The notes under the pieces were generated by a model. That model saw nothing but the letters and a program-made list of their open reading frames with translations, was not told the DNA's origin and made no database searches. This document shows, in pieces, positions 61,231-64,000 of a DNA stretch of 64,000 nt (position 1 is the stretch's first letter; each line of letters begins with the position of its first letter). This DNA comes from Octopus sinensis (Eukaryota): NCBI RefSeq assembly GCF_006345805.1, contig NC_043021.1:8742001-8806000 (forward strand). The letters are read 5' to 3'. Both the position numbers and the translations under genes were made by a program.

Positions 61231-61598
61231 ATAGTTCTAGAGTCCCAGCTACCATCATCCGTCTATTCTTTACAATCTCGCTCGAAATACAACTCTAAAT
61301 TATATAAGAACTGATGCACTACAGAAATAAATTTGTTTTTGAAAATGTAAATAAATTGAAACTTGAATGCAACATCATTTATATAATTAGAAAAGTATCC
61401 CACCATCATCGCCAAAATGGAATTGGAATCAGATTGAAATATTATACAAGGTCGGGTTCTGTTACAAATTCCAGGCTCATATCACATAACCACATTGTGA
61501 CGCAGCATTTTTTAAATCTCAAACGGTATCTAACTGTACTTGTGAAGCTCATGTCTCTTTCTTGTGTAGAAATATACGGACATATCCACTTCACACAG

Positions 61599-61644
<46 letters not shown>

Positions 61645-62141
61645 GCACACATACACACACACACACACATGCAAAGAGAAATATAAACGTGTCTACTATA
61701 TGCATTAAAATATCATTAAATCTGTCATGCAGATATCATCTAACTCAAACGTTATTACATTATTGAATGTCACCACCCCTTGTTTTTTTCAAAACAGTGG
61801 TGGGTGTTCTGAGAGAGACCTACTGCTATTTCTAACAGTTCTAAGAACCATATGCGACCTATTCGTTAATTATGATTGTTGTCTTGTGTGTTAAATTGTA
61901 AAAGGCTTAGAGATAGCTTGAGAGTGTTAGATAGTATTATGAAATACTGGACAGATATACGGAATTAAAGAAAGTTAAGAGAGAATATTTACAAGCTTAA
62001 GTATCCTTACGAGTGTTTAGAAAGTCTTAGAAATTGGTTAGAATTCTTGGAAAACTGTTGTGGAAGGATTCCGACCACCCCCATGTGACTAAAAGTAGAT
62101 TGACACATTACTATAAAATTTAAAAAACTGTCAGCAGTATA

Positions 62142-62798
62142 GGCGTAGGAGTGGCTGTGTGGTAAGTAGCTTGCTTACGAACCATATGGTTCCGGGTTCA
62201 GTCCTATTGCGTGGCACCTTGGGTAAGTGTCTTCTACTAAAGCCTCGGGCCGACCAAATCCTTGTGAGTGGATCTGGTAGACGGAAGCTGAAAGAAGCCC
62301 GTCGTAGTATATATGTATATATATATATATATGTATATATATATGATATGATATATATATGTATATGTATATATGTATATATATATATTATGTATATATG
62401 TATATATATATGATATATTGTATATATATATGTATATATATATGTATATATATATATATATATATGTAAGATATATGTATATATATATATATGTCATATG
62501 TGCTATATATATGTATATATATATATATATATGTATATAGTGTATATATATATATATATATATATGCATGTGCGTGTTTGTGTGTCTGTGTTTGTCCCCC
62601 CAACATCGCTTGACAACCGATGCTGGTGTGTTTACGTCACCGTAACTGAGCGGTTCGGCAAAAAACAGACCGATAGAATAAGTACTAGGCTTACAAAGAA
62701 TAAGTCCTGGGAGTCGATTTGATCGACTAAAGACGGTGCTCTAGCATGGCCACAGTCACATGACTGAAGCAAGTAAAAGAGAGTAAAGAGCAAAAGAG
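62142..62798 (+). mobile_element. SINE family A with a ~275-bp internal microsatellite expansion
   Basis: Family A head and tail separated by a long degenerate (TA)n. Confidence 0.88.
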
Positions 62799-63005
62799 TT
62801 CAGGGTAAGCAGTTCACTGTGTGCCGACCTGTGATAACTTTTGAAGCGATGACATAGTTTTCTGATATAGGAAAAATAAAAGAGAAAGAGAGATACAAAC
62901 TGAACTGTAAAAGCAGTAAAATGCAATTTTCTACTGTGGATGGTAGAAAGCCATTTTCATTGTCTTAATTTTTTCACATCTCGTAAACCATTCGTTAATC
63001 ATTAT

Positions 63006-63423
63006 TACTCTTTTACTCTTTTACTTGTTTCAGTCATTTGACTGCGGCCATGCTGGAGCACCGCCTTTAATCGAGCAACTCGACTCCGGGACTTATTCTT
63101 TTGTAAGCCCAGTACTTATTCTATCGGTCTCTTTTGCCGAACGCTAAGTGACGGGGACGTAAACACACCAGCATCGGTTGTTAGCAATGCTAGGGGGACA
63201 AACACAGACACACAAAATATACACACACACCTATATATATATATATATATATACATACATATACGACAGGCTTCTTTCAGTTTCCGTCTACCAAATCCAC
63301 TCACAAGGCATTGGTCGGCCCGGGGCTATAGCAGAAGACACTTGCCCAAGATGCCACGCAGTGGGACTGAACCCGGAACCATGTGGTTGGTTAGCAAGCT
63401 ACTTACCACACAGCCACTCCTGC
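63006..63423 (-). mobile_element. SINE family A, full length
   Basis: Family A match; tail-to-tail with 62142-62798. Confidence 0.92.
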
Positions 63424-63677
63424 TCCTATATGTACCTCACGTTTGTGTTGTCTGTCCTCCTAGTGTCCCCTCTATATTTAAGGCTCTATCCCTAATAAAG
63501 AAATCAGTTCAGGGTGTGCCGAGACTGAGAGCGTTTAACCTCGTGTAACAGTAATCGTGCGACATCGTGTGAATACCTTCTTTCCCCCAGCTTCGTTAAA
63601 TTATTTATCCAACACCAGGATATATAAGAAAAAAGACAATGAAATATGTTACAGAATTATATATTTTTTATTAATAT

Positions 63678-63898
63678 ACCTATTTCTTTATTACCCACAA
63701 GGGGCTAAACATAGAGGGGACAAACAAGGACAGACATAGGTATTAAGTCGATTACATCGACGACAGTGTGTAACTGGTGCTTAATTTATCGACCCCGAAA
63801 GGATGAAAGGCAAAGTCGACCTCGGCGGAATTTTGAACTCACAACGTAACGGCAGACGAAATACCGCAAAGCATTTCGCGCGGCGCGCTAACGCTTCT
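63678..63898 (-). mobile_element. SINE family C, near full length
   Basis: Family C match. Confidence 0.88.
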
Positions 63899-64000
63899 GA
63901 CCTTCTTTCTACGCATGCCTACACACATACACACGTACATTTATGTATCTCTGTGTTACATGGTGGCTGCCCCCTCGTTATCGAGTATGGCCATTGCACG

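Overview
AT-rich, repeat-saturated animal genomic DNA with no confidently supported intact protein-coding gene, rRNA or true tRNA gene. The SINE/microsatellite landscape looks like an Octopus (coleoid cephalopod) intron or intergenic region; this is an inference from repeat content, not a database hit. Nearly all ORFs in the supplied track are translations of microsatellites or SINEs. The window holds four tRNA-derived SINE families (called A-D here, about 40 copies or fragments) and decayed DNA transposons (two DD34D-type mariners, a DD37D maT-type element, a Tc1 3' end, a non-autonomous Helitron, foldback MITEs). It also has remnants of RTE, R4/Dong-like and Penelope-like (PLE) retroelements, many microsatellites and one 100-N scaffold gap. 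Most notable: (1) several minimal type-I hammerhead ribozyme motifs with palindromic helix III, including a dispersed ~200-bp element family with a recurring non-canonical CUGUCGA core; (2) SINE-C dimer and trimer arrays, each bounded by a single TSD and, in the trimer, built from units of different sequence variants; (3) two R4/Dong-like 3' ends stacked in a (TAA)n tract; (4) several closely spaced inverted SINE pairs and long foldbacks that would form dsRNA if transcribed.
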